64,000 nucleotides of DNA. It comes from Octopus vulgaris. Lineage: Eukaryota. Under the pieces are notes generated by a model, which saw only the letters and a list, made by a program, of their open reading frames with translations, did not search any database and had not been told where the DNA came from. How positions within the stretch are numbered: position 1 is the stretch's first letter; the number at the start of each line of letters is the position of its first letter. Where the stretch lies: the NCBI GenBank assembly GCA_951406725.2, contig OX597827.1:25668001-25732000 (forward strand). The letters run 5' to 3'. A program made the position numbers and the translations under genes. Below are positions 1-11,614 of this stretch, one piece after another.

Positions 1-525
1 ATATTATATTAAATTAGAGATGAAACCACTATTAGGCAAATCATACAATGAAAACTTAAGCCAATACATAAGATTAATTAATTTATAGTATTTTAAATAT
101 ATATCAAAATTATTAAAAAAAAGATATTGAGTATAACACTACCATCGTTTCATCGCTGTCCAATTCGTAAAAATATAGAGTTTATTATAAGTAAAATTAT
201 TATATTATATATATTATTTATATCTTAAAAATATTGTTTAAATATTTCTGATTATATTTTAGATATTTCAATCACCTGAAGATTGACTGTAACTCGAATT
301 TTTACGAATTGGACAGCCATGAAACGATCGTAGTGTTATACTCAATATCTTTTTTTAATAATTTTGACATATATTTAAAATAATATAAATTAATTAATCT
401 TATGTATTGGCTTAAGTTTTCATTGTATGATTTGCCTAATAGTGGTTTTATCTCTAATTTAATATAATATAATATTTTACTATAAAATTGGATCCCTGTG
501 AGTTTGGATTTATTCCCTAATATTT

Positions 526-530
<5 letters not shown>
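1..530 (+). mobile_element. Foldback Penelope-like/retrozyme-type short element (family F1, copy 1) carrying a hammerhead motif, ending in (TA)n
   Basis: 1-173 is the reverse complement of about 298-470. Hammerhead core at 273-335. Same 3' end (GTTTGGATTTATTCCCTAATATTTTATTA) as the adjacent copy at 569-945. Confidence 0.7.
273..335 (+). ncRNA. Type I hammerhead ribozyme motif
   Basis: CAC-CUGAAGA-(UUGACUGU...ACAGCCAU stem II)-GAAA-CGAUCG-UA|GUG. Stem I is CAC/GUG and stem III is short and palindromic; predicted cleavage after A332. Confidence 0.7.
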
Positions 531-568
<38 letters not shown>

Positions 569-569
<1 letters not shown>

Positions 570-938
570 TATTAAATTAGAGATAAAACCACTATTAGGC
601 AAATCAAACAATGAAAAACATAAGCCAATACATAAAATTAATTAATTTATATTATTTTAAATATATATCAAAATTATTAAAAGTTTAATAAAAGATAATG
701 ATAAAAGATAGTGTTTTACTCATTATCTTTTATTAAACCTTTAATAATTTTGATATATATCTAAAATAATATAAATTAATTAATTTTATGTATTGGCTTA
801 TGTTTTTCATTGTTTGATTTGCCTAATAGTGGTTTTATCTCTAATTTAATATAATATAATATTTTACTATAAAATTGGATTTAATCCTAAATCTGATTTT
901 TCCCTGTAAGTTTGGATTTATTCCCTAATATTTTATTA

Positions 939-945
<7 letters not shown>
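569..945 (+). mobile_element. Foldback element family F1, copy 2
   Basis: About 570-700 is inverted against about 720-850. Homologous to 333-530 and flanked by (TA)n on both sides. Confidence 0.7.
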
Positions 946-991
<46 letters not shown>

Positions 992-1128
992 TTAGTTCGC
1001 TTACAGGAAACGATTATGAGTACCCATATAAAAGCCCAGATGTTATTATGCCGGCTACATCCTAGTGATTTCAAATTACCACAGACAAATTATATGGGAC
1101 AGTACCAAATTGTGCTGATATAACGTAG

Positions 1129-1129
1129 G

Positions 1130-1206
<77 letters not shown>

Positions 1207-1212
1207 ATGATG

Positions 1213-1264
<52 letters not shown>

Positions 1265-1286
1265 GGTGATGATGATGATGATGATG

Positions 1287-1377
<91 letters not shown>

Positions 1378-1390
1378 CAACAACAACAAC
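1129..1390. repeat. (AAT)n/(GAT)n/(AAC)n trinucleotide microsatellite
   Basis: Directly visible; source of the poly-I/L/Y/S ORFs. Confidence 0.97.
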
Positions 1391-1925
1391 TGCCCTGATG
1401 CAGTAGCAGGCAGTGGCTCACATGGCTTCTGATCTTAACTGATTGTAAGTGTTATCATGTACATTGTTTTGTCTTGGTATAAAAGATGGTCTACAGCAAA
1501 AATTCTGCTCAATACCACAGATTTGCTTGTCAGTTGTTTAACCTTAACCAGTTGAACATGTCCCTTAGAGGCTGACGATATGTGCATCTCTGATCACGAG
1601 CAGAAGTAGTGGGGGGAGCATCATAGCCATGTGTTGAAAGGAATTCTCAGAGGTTTAAATAATTCACCTTTGGAAACATGGGTGTCCTTAAACAATCCTT
1701 ATTCAGGTACCTTTTGAGTGGGATGGGTTACTCGACCTGAAGAAAATTCTAACTGGGCCCCACCTGGAAGGTCATGCGCTGTTTATCTTGATATGAGATC
1801 ACAAGATATGGTTGTGATGCATGTGCCCGGTGCACCCTTATCAGACGGGTAGTCATGATTGGTATACTTGGCTTCGTATATTTTACCCCAGTGTCACTTT
1901 GATGGCATGCACTGCTCTCTCACTC
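1391..1925. mobile_element. About 540-bp non-coding interspersed repeat inserted in (AAT)n (family T, copy 1)
   Basis: Near-identical to the reverse complement of 61509-62084 and homologous to 2370-2914; both ends abut trinucleotide repeats. Confidence 0.85.
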
Positions 1926-1976
1926 AATAATAATAATAATAATAATAACAACAATAACAATAATAATAAATAAATA

Positions 1977-2914
1977 CCCTGATACAGTATCAGGCAGTGA
2001 CGCTCAATGATGTGATGCAGTAACAGTCTGTGGCTCTCCATGCCCTGATACAATACCAGGCACTGGCTCTCAATGCCCTGATGCAGTAGCTGGCAGTGGC
2101 GGCTGTCAGTGCCCTGATGCAATACCAGGAAGTGGTGCTCAATGCCTTGATTGAGTAACAGACAGTTCCTCTCAATGCCTTGATGCAGTATCATGCAGTG
2201 GCTCTCACTGCCTTGATCCAATAGAGGCAGTGATTCTCAGTGACCAGATGCAGTACAAGGCAGTGGCTCCCAATGCCCTGATGTAGGACCGAGCAGTACA
2301 TTTCAATGACCTCATGTGGTACGAGGTTAGTGACACTCGATACCCTCATGTAATACCAGGTTGTGGAACTCAATGCCCTCATTCAATAGCAGGCATTGGC
2401 TCTCTTGGCTTCTGATCTTAACGCATTGGACGTGTTATCTTATGTATTGCTGTATCTTGGTACAAAAATGTGTTACCGCAAGTATTCCTTGCTTGACAAT
2501 TATTTGACTTTAAACAGGTGAGCATGACCCTTGGTGGCTGAGGATATGTGAATCTGTGATTACAAGCTGAAGTAATGGGAGTGCATCATAGCCATGTGTT
2601 AAGAGGAATTGTTTGGGGTTTGGATACTTCACATTTAGTAACATGGGTGTTGTTCAACACCCTTAAAAGAGCCTTATTCATGGAACGTTTGAGCAGGATG
2701 GGCTACTCGACCCGAAGAAAATTCTAACTGGGCCTCACCTGCAAGGTCATGCGCTGTTTATCTTGATAATGATATCTCCATGTCACGTATATTTGGTTGT
2801 GATGCACTTGACTGGTATACTCTTTTCAGATGGGTAGTCATGAAGGTTATATTGGGCTTTGTATATCTTAACCCAGTGTCACTTTCATGTCATCCGCTGC
2901 TCTCTCGCTCTCTC
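1977..2914. mobile_element. Family T, copy 2 (more diverged) with terminal 33-bp minisatellite
   Basis: About 13 copies of CCCTGATGCAGTACCAGGCAGTGGCTCTCAATG at 1977-2405, followed by a body homologous to 1391-1925. Confidence 0.85.
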
Positions 2915-3599
2915 AATAATAATGATAATGATGATGATGATGATGATAATCTAAGGACGAAATTTTATAAATATCATAATACATCGTTACGCGCGCTTCC
3001 TCGAATGACATGTTGTTTTATAACTATAATCCGCATCCATAGAATGATTCCAATATAATTTGTAATATCCATGAATTTGGCAAGTCGTTAATCTTGTGTT
3101 CATTTCATCAGGCAATACACTATTATAGTTGGAAGTAACGTATGTTTAAGCGAAGGATGTTTATCAATTTTCCCCAATCTAAAGGTTCATTGAGCTATGT
3201 GGGCGGTCCTGTTTGTATTTGGACTAACCGCGTGTTAGTCCAAATAGTGACAATAAGAGGATGGAGATGGAAATGGTGTGATTGTAGAGAGTGTCTAGTT
3301 TGGGTAGGTGTCCTGTGTTATTAAGGAATAGGGATAATAGGGGAGAAAGAGGGGTGTATTGTAAGGCTTTTTATGTATGTACACCTTGGGATGTGGAACG
3401 CAGGTCACTGGTATGACTGTAAGCACAGCAGGCGTTCCTTTAATGAATTCAGATGTTGCAGTGCAAGGGAGCAAGTTTTGTTTTCACTTGCAGTTACACA
3501 CACACGCACACAGAAGTATATATATATATATATATACATATGTGTGTGTATTTGTGTGTGTATGTGTGTGTGACTGTGTGTTTGTGTGTGTGTGCATGT

Positions 3600-3800
3600 G
3601 TGTCTGTCTGTGTTTTTTCCCACTGCTGCTTGATAACCAGTGTCGGTGTGCTTACGTTCCCGTAACATAGCGGTTCAGCAAATGAAACCGATAGGATACG
3701 TTCTAGGCTTAAAAAAATAGATTCGTTCGACTTAAAATTCTTCAAGAGGTGCCCCAGCTTGGCTGCAGTCTAAAGACTGAAACAAATAAAAGCTAAAGAT
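3600..3800 (+). mobile_element. 3' part of tRNA/CORE-type SINE (family B)
   Basis: GCTTGATAACCAGTGTCGGTGTG...GTGCCCCAGCTTGGCTGCAGTCTAAAGACTGAAACAAATAAAAG matches the tail of the full copies at 42988 and 61017. Confidence 0.7.
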
Positions 3801-4134
3801 AAATGAGACGCAAAAATGGGCAAACGCTTCTACAGCAAACACACGGTTTGAACCATGATGGTCACTCCGCACTCTCCCACCAACACATAGAGTAAAAAGA
3901 ACGATAAGGCATTAGCTACAACGAAGGCACCATTACTGTCTGCCTATCTTCACTAGCGAATATGTATCGCAACAACAAATGTAGGATGTTTTTCCGAACA
4001 TGGATATTGTTGTCGTTCGCGTATAACTCTTGTATTTATTAAATATTTCTACTATTAAGCTGATTCTGTCCGGCAGGGGTTGGTGGTGAAGCCTGCTGTG
4101 CTTTTCACCACAACTTTCTCTCACTCTTTCTTCT

Positions 4135-4450
4135 TGTTACTGTTGTACCTGTATTTCAAAGGCCAGCCTTATCACACTCTGCGTCACGCCGAAACTCCTC
4201 GAGAACTACGTTGAGAGTACACGTGACTGTGGAGTGCTCAGCCACTTGCACGTTAATAAATGTGCTGCGAAGACACTGGTGCCAAGCTATATCGGCCTTT
4301 GCCTTTCCCTTGGGTAACATCGGTGGTGTGGAGAGGGAAAGCTGGTATGCATGGGCGACTTCTGGTCTTCATATAAACAACCTTGCCCAGACTTGTGCCT
4401 CGGATGGTAACTTTCTAGGTCCAATCCTATGGTCATTCATGCCCAAAGTG
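4135..4450 (+). mobile_element. SINE-like fragment (family C)
   Basis: GTTGTACCTGTATTTCAAAGGCCAGCCTT...GTGGAGTGCTCAGCCACTTGCACGTTAAT is homologous in reverse to 58830-58955. Confidence 0.6.
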
Positions 4451-4487
4451 GTGTCACACACATCAGCAAACGAACTGTACACAGTAG

Positions 4488-4525
<38 letters not shown>

Positions 4526-4526
4526 G

Positions 4527-4562
<36 letters not shown>

Positions 4563-4566
4563 TGTG

Positions 4567-4644
<78 letters not shown>

Positions 4645-4654
4645 TATACATGTA

Positions 4655-4800
4655 TTGTGAGAATTTACAAAAAAAAAACAAAACAAAATACGAAGACGGG
4701 TGTGTATACAACAAACAGATGTATTAGTTTAACGCTCGGAAAATGAGAAAGTCTTTTACGTTTCGAGCCTACGCTCTTCTACAGAAAGGAACACAGAAAT
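4655..4800 (-). mobile_element. Short (TA)n-abutting element with variant hammerhead motif (family F2)
   Basis: Minus strand reads CTTT-CTGTAGA-A-GAGC-GTAG-GCTC-GAAA-CG-TA|AAAG. Homologous copies at 40341-40472 and 58311-58403. Confidence 0.6.
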
Positions 4801-6811
4801 AAACAGGGAGAGAAAATAGAAAAGGCTTGGTGGCTAGCGATCTATCATGGTGAATACCGGACAGAGGGGTCACACAGGAGAGCTAGGAAAAAGGGGAGAT
4901 AATAAAGTAGTGGTGATCCCAAAACGATGATGCACGTGCTTGTGTATGTGAGAGCCTGTATGTGCTGCCGTATATAGACAGATAGATAGATACATTAATA
5001 TATATCGTCAATAATTCATATATCCGGAACAGAAGCACACTCAACATGTTTATTTTGTTGTGACAGTTGAATCCGAAAGCCTAGAATATTCTATGACATA
5101 TTCATGATGCAATAATTAATAGAAAACTTCTAATGAATTATATGATAGGTTTTAATTATAAAAAGATTTTTGAAGAGAGTTTTTTTTTTCGCTGTAAATA
5201 ACACATTAGTCTTTAACCACTGATATGTTGTTTACTTTCGAAAATATTTAATTTGATTTTTAAACTAAATTCTCCCCGAATTAACTCTTATGTTGGTTGT
5301 TGGTTTCCACCATGCAATTACTTTGTAATAAAATTTATCGAGATTAAAACGCAGTAATTTCTCTTCACAAACATAAAACCTGATTACTTTATTTTCAAAA
5401 GAAAATCAATCTAGTTTTAAAACAACATCGGTAAAAAGTAACATATATTCTTAAAGCAAGTTTTCTGTTTCTCTTCTTATATTTCATAGTAACGCTTATT
5501 ACAGTGTTTTATTTTCAATCACACGTATATATTAATTTAATGACTTCAAAAATACTACTTTTTTTGGAAACAAAATTTTGAATCAAAAGTCAAAGTTTTT
5601 ATCGCTCTCTGTAGGAATATTGAATAATATCTTAGATATATATTCTTTTTATTTAGGAATACACTAAAATAAATTGAATTAAGTTAAGCATTTTTACATT
5701 AGTCATAAAAATCAGCTTCAATTTTATATAAACTAGGTTCAAATTACCAGAAATAGTATGAAAGATAAAAGATCTTTGTGTAGCATAATCAGACGTTTGC
5801 GTTTCCACTCACATGCTCATTAGCTTCTGTGTCTAGTGCTCTTGTTTCCCATTGACCAATATTTTGTGAATGGAATTTCGTTGATAGACACTCTGTGAAA
5901 CCCATTGCATAAAAAAGTGGAACAATGGCAGGACCGTATGTTAATAAATGTAGCCAGAAAATGAAAAGAGAACTTAGATCACTTGAAAAAATTTAAACTT
6001 GAAAATTTAACTTCAACTATCATAAATATAACAATTTCCAGTTGACCAATATATATGTTTCCGAAATTATCAATAAGTATTCAGTTTATCAATAAATATT
6101 ATTGGTTTTGCAATAACTTGTAAAACACAGTAGAAACATCCTATTTCCCATAAACGTAATTATTTGCCTGAAAAAATATTTGAGAATTAGAAGATAACTG
6201 GATGCACCAGAGCAGAATTTAATTAGAGGTGTCGATTATAGAGCCATATCTGAAAACAAACATATGTGAAAGCCAGACACAAGCATTTATCAGCAATTTT
6301 TCGAGTAAACAATAGAATCCAATTTCGTTTATATATTACAGTTGGAATCGATCGGAGTAGGAGAATATTGTGTAATGTGTCCTGTCTTTTTAACTTGTAG
6401 GTTGTAATTTAATTAGAAAAATATTCTATTCTTCTTCATAGCAGAGGTGTTCTCGTTGGCTTAAATATTTTATTCGTGTTTATGTTCGTATAACATATAA
6501 GGTGGTGCGGGGAGAGTTGCGATGGTTTGTCATAAAAACTAATTTCACTCAAAACCGTAATTTGTCAAAGAATGACAATTCAACTTTTATCATTCTTTGT
6601 TTGATAATATCGAAAAGACGACGCCATAATGTGAGATATTCCTTATCAGCACCGATGGTATTAGAAAATAAAAAGAGATTTTTTGTGTGCTAGACTCAAT
6701 GTCAGATAAGTTTACAATTTTTTAACACGTTATTAGAAAACATCGGAAATATCAAATATTTAACAGCTAAAACAACCCCATACAGATTTACAAAGTAAGT
6801 CCTAACATTAA

Positions 6812-7213
6812 TATTCTTTTCTACTCTGGGCACAAGGCCCGAAATTTTGGGGGAGGGGGTCCAGTCGATTAAATAAATCCCAGTACACAACTGGTACATA
6901 ATTTATCGACCCGCAAAAAATGAAAGACAAAGTCGACCTCGGCGGAATTTGAACTTAGAACGTAAAGATAGACGAAATATCCATTTCTTTACTACCCACA
7001 AGTGGCTAAACACAGAGAGGACAAACAAGGACAGACAAACGGATTAAGTCTATTATATCGACCCCAGTGCGTAACTGGTACTTAATTTATCGACCCCTAA
7101 AGGATGAAAGGCAAAGTCAACCACGGCGAAATTTGAATTCAGAACGTAACGGCAGACGAAATACCGCTAAACATTTCGCCCGGCGTGCTAACCTTTTTGC
7201 CGGCTTGCCACCT
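6812..7213 (-). mobile_element. tRNA-derived SINE family A (dimeric copy)
   Basis: Minus strand has an A-box-like GGCAAAAAGGTTAGCACG, a B-box-like GAATTCAAATTTC and the conserved GACTTTGCCTTTCATCCTTTAGGGGTCGATAAATTAAGTACCAG domain, which occurs twice. Confidence 0.85.
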
Positions 7214-7418
7214 TCCTAACATCAATATGACAAGGATAATTATTTTAATTAATCAAGGCTAAACTCGCTTCAAAGAAGGGAGGTAAGTATGATGAATATC
7301 GCTTATCAAACATCTGGCTCAAACTAAAGTAAGACTGCAAAGAATAATAAAAGTTGACCTTTAAATTATACCTGTTGTTAATTGTCTGGGATTTTGGTGT
7401 TAAAACTTATATCAAAGA

Positions 7419-7489
<71 letters not shown>

Positions 7490-8742
7490 GTAATAATAAT
7501 GAGCAACAAAAGAATGAAACCTCGATATTGCATATGAGCACGTGGGTATGTAGACGTTATGAACGCAGGAGGTTTATGTCTATGTATTCTGAGAATATGG
7601 TTGCGTGTATTTTTTTATCTCTTTTCTTTTTCCTTTTTCGATCTATTAGAGTAACTTCCCTTTAATTCAATGGTTTTACATGGCGTCTGTTCCCATTAAT
7701 ATCCGACGAGAATGTATCGTAGCTCTTCCCTCCGACATTCGAAACTCCGTGTACTATAATGACCATCCTTCTACCGTTTGTTTTAAATTATAACATATAT
7801 ATATATATATATTTCTTTTTGTATTTTGTGGTAATAATAAAACATAATTAACCAATTGCTAACGAAGCACTGAAACAACGAAAAGGGAGTAAACTTTTGC
7901 AATGTGTTAGGTAAAACAGCTGAAATTACCACGTGATCAGCCAATCAGTTTAAACAGCCAACCAATTAATGAAATATCTCACAATGCAAATGACATTGGC
8001 AATAATCAGCCGAAGTGTCAATTAACAAACATACTTGCATTTAACGGATACTTCTGTAAATGTTTAAATATCAGAGCTGGTCAGCTTCCGTACACACTCA
8101 CACACGACATACTCAACTATATTGACCAATCATAAAAGATGTCTAAATAACCGGATATATTGCGTAATATTTAGAGCTGAAATCCTAGATGTTTACCACC
8201 CAAAATAAACACATTAACCTGTAAATTCATATTAGATTATGTCGAGGTAAGTACTTGATTCGATATTATTTAATCGATTCGAAATATCCGGTTTTCGAAG
8301 ACACACACGAAGATACAGAATGCCTATATATAAATAGACCCATAGATACCTAATGACTAAGACATGTAATTAGACTGCGGCCATGCTGAGGCTCCGCCTA
8401 GATGGTAATAGTCTATGCTCACGCTGAAAAGATGTTAAGTTTACTCTTAAACTCCCTTAGGGTAGAGAAGGATTATTTCGAAGCATTATTATGCATGTCT
8501 GCTTGTCACTGATGCGGGTTTTTCTTTTCGTTAAAATTTAGGTGTGCGCAATAGTACACATAAGTGCGTGATATTTTATAAAAAAATATGCAGGATGAAT
8601 TTAGCTTAAATAAACAATGCTCTCTACAATTTATATTCAGAACTCAACTACTTCTTCGTTGACAACTTTAACAGAAATATATACATACGTGTGTGTGTGT
8701 TTGTATGTGTGTGTGTTTGTGCGTGTGTGTATACACACATAG

Positions 8743-9335
8743 AGGGGAAACGATATCGGTGTAAACCTAATAAGAGGTTTAAATGATGGCATAAGGGCTA
8801 GCATGAAGTCACTTAGAATGGATCCAGAGGACATAGAGACCCTTACTTCGGATCGAGCTGGATGGCAAAAATGTGTGGAGTGGAGTGAAAGCGTTTGAAG
8901 ATGCCAGGATAACACATGCAAGACTCAAGAGAGATTTAAAGAAAAACGTTTCGATCGAGAAGGTGAATCACCATGACCTTTTTTTGTGCATAGTTTGTGA
9001 CAGGCCACTCCTTACTTTTGCTAGGCTCAAATCTCATTTGCAGACCCATGGAAAACGATTTTCCACCAGCTATTCTGCCTATATGTCTGTGCGCATATTT
9101 CAATACCGTGTGTTCCATATGGTCTGCAAATCTAACGGAGGCCTCAAAACATATTTTAACATCCACAAAGATCAGAGCTTAATTTCAGCTCTTGGTGGTC
9201 CAAATCGGACATGCTAAATATATGGCTGTCTTTTCAATACATTGTCTGGTTTAAAAATCCATAACAGACGCCATGATGAATCTAAGATGTGGGTACAAGA
9301 GGTGGTCAGACTCTCCATAAGGAATAGACAGCCAG
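8743..9335 (+). pseudogene. 3' end of RTE-like LINE ORF with C-terminal C2H2 zinc fingers
   Basis: Frameshifted translation GKRYRCKPNKRF..DGIRASMK..SDRAGW..WSGVKAFEDARI..CIVCDRPLLTFARLKSHLQTH resembles RTE-clade ORF ends; paralog at 54115-54510. Confidence 0.75.
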
Positions 9336-9460
9336 CGTTCCGTATAACAAAACGGTATTTTTTCTGCTTTTGATGAGATTCTGTTTATTTATGCAGTTAA
9401 TAAATATACTCATTAATTGGTTTATCTCCATATTCCTATTTTTTCTTATATATATATATA

Positions 9461-9776
9461 TTAATAGGGAATTGAAGAAATGGAGTTGAACGAAGATTGA
9501 ACAGAAATCCTTTTATTGCATTCTACACGTGTTTCGAAAGCCACACGTAGAAACACGTGTAGAATGCAATAAAAGGATTTCTGTTCAATCTTCGTTCAAC
9601 TCCATTTCTTCAATTCACTAATAATATTAAAATTCAATTATCCGCACCAACGCACGGTTGCAACACCATATGGTTGTACCTCCAACCGTGCTTTCTTCTG
9701 GTGTGATTTTTGCTACCAAGGTATCGGTTAAACTTTTGATTAATCTGCAACAGGATTACTCATCTTTCTATTTCAC

Positions 9777-9780
<4 letters not shown>
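9461..9780 (+). mobile_element. Foldback element between (TA)n tracts (family F3)
   Basis: Perfect 67-bp inverted repeat 9469-9535/9550-9616 whose inner end is GAAA-CACGTG-TA, the 3' half of a hammerhead. Confidence 0.7.
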
Positions 9781-9851
<71 letters not shown>

Positions 9852-10434
9852 TTTATATATGTGTGTAAGCACACAATCACACATACACACATATGTTTAC
9901 AATTTAATGTACAAGACTAAAGGCTTCGGATTTTTATACACAAAGAAAATACCTTGAATCTGTATCCATCGCAAACAATACTTTTCCACATTCCGTTGTT
10001 TTTTTTCCATCAACTTTTTTTCATATCTCAAAAACATTTACTACTAACACTCACACATACTGACGTCTCTTATATATGTGATTATGTATCTGTGTATAGG
10101 TGCGTCCCTATGCGGGTTTATAGATACTGGAACGTAAATACTCACTGCCGCCTTTTTGTACCAAAATCGCTGTGTTGGGACAATATTCACAGTAGCTGTC
10201 TCAACTAAATCAATAATTTTGGTATTGATTTCTAATAGAGGCACACGGAAAGACATTACGCGTAATGTCAATTGTACTGATTCATTTAATTAATTGATGT
10301 CTATTTTAAAAATATATTCTCTAATCTCAAGAAGGCAAATAAACGCGGACAGTCGTGGCAGGATTTGAACTCAGAACCTAGATAACCGCGCTTAAATACC
10401 AAATCCACTTAGTCATCTATGGTTTCCTACTGTT

Positions 10435-10765
10435 ATTTCTACTCTAGGCACAAGGCCTGCAACATTTTGGTGGAAGGTGGGCTAGTCGATTACATCGACC
10501 CCAGTGCGTAACTGGTACTTATTCAATCGACCCCGAAAGATGAAAGGCAAAGTCGACCTCGGTGGAAGTTGAACTCAGAACGCAACGTCAGACGAAATAG
10601 ATTTCCTAATTCTTATTGCTTTATTGCCCACAGGGGGTTAAACATAGAGGGGACAAACAAGGACAGACAAAGAGATTAAGTCGATTACATCGACCACAGT
10701 ACGTAACTGGTACTTATTCAGTAGCCCCCGAAAGGATTAAAGGCAAAGTCGACCTCGGCGAACTC
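10435..10765 (-). mobile_element. SINE family A (dimeric, 5'-truncated)
   Basis: Same sequence blocks as 6812-7213. Confidence 0.85.
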
Positions 10766-11614
10766 AAAACGCAAAGACGTACAAAATATGATTTCCTAAT
10801 ATTACAAAAAAGGAAAGCCTGATTTAATGAAAGAACTTCTCTCATAAATATCAACAGCAGCAGCTCAAGACTGCCGTTATGTATGTAGCGAAGGACTCGC
10901 GTGAATATACTCACGTAGTAGATGCCCTTTTATGACATAAAGCAGTCGGAATGGTTAGAATGTCACAGCGCTCATGTCAGAACGAAATGAATTTCAGCAA
11001 ATATTTACCAATTACGTATTCGCTTGAAAGATGACGAAAATGTATTACTAAATAAATATTAAATCCATTACGAAAGATTTTCCTGATTATGATTGATGTT
11101 AACTTTCTTCTACGTTTCTACTTGGCCACACGTTCCTCGGCTTATTTCAGTGTCTTATTTAACAGTCAGTAAAGGTTAGTAAATGAAGCGTTTCTCACAA
11201 CGAAACGGGAAACCAGTGGAAGAATACAAATGAGAAGAAAAACAGATTAACAGACAGGAAGCTGTTGCTTCAATATCTCAAAGTAATAATAATTATGAAA
11301 AGTGGTGGACATCTCTTTCTCCCTTTCACCCTTTCCCTCTTTTCCTTATCTCTTCCTTTCCCCTTCTTTCTTTCTTTTTGCCTTCTGCTTCACTCATACA
11401 TACAAGGGGATCAAAATATGACCGACTTCCTTTCATCATTTTCATATATCGAAGTTGATCGATTATCATTATTATTGAATAGTCCTGCAGCTTCCCTGAT
11501 CGTTTATAGATTTGAGGAAATGTTTTCAAGAGACAGTCGTACTTTCTAGACGCACGCTCCACCTTAAACCTAGAAAACGGTTGACGCAAATATGCGATAA
11601 ACACATTTTCTTGC

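Noticed and set aside
1977-2405. Possible CRISPR-like array
   Set aside because: Units are contiguous diverged tandem repeats without unique spacers; eukaryotic context and no cas genes.
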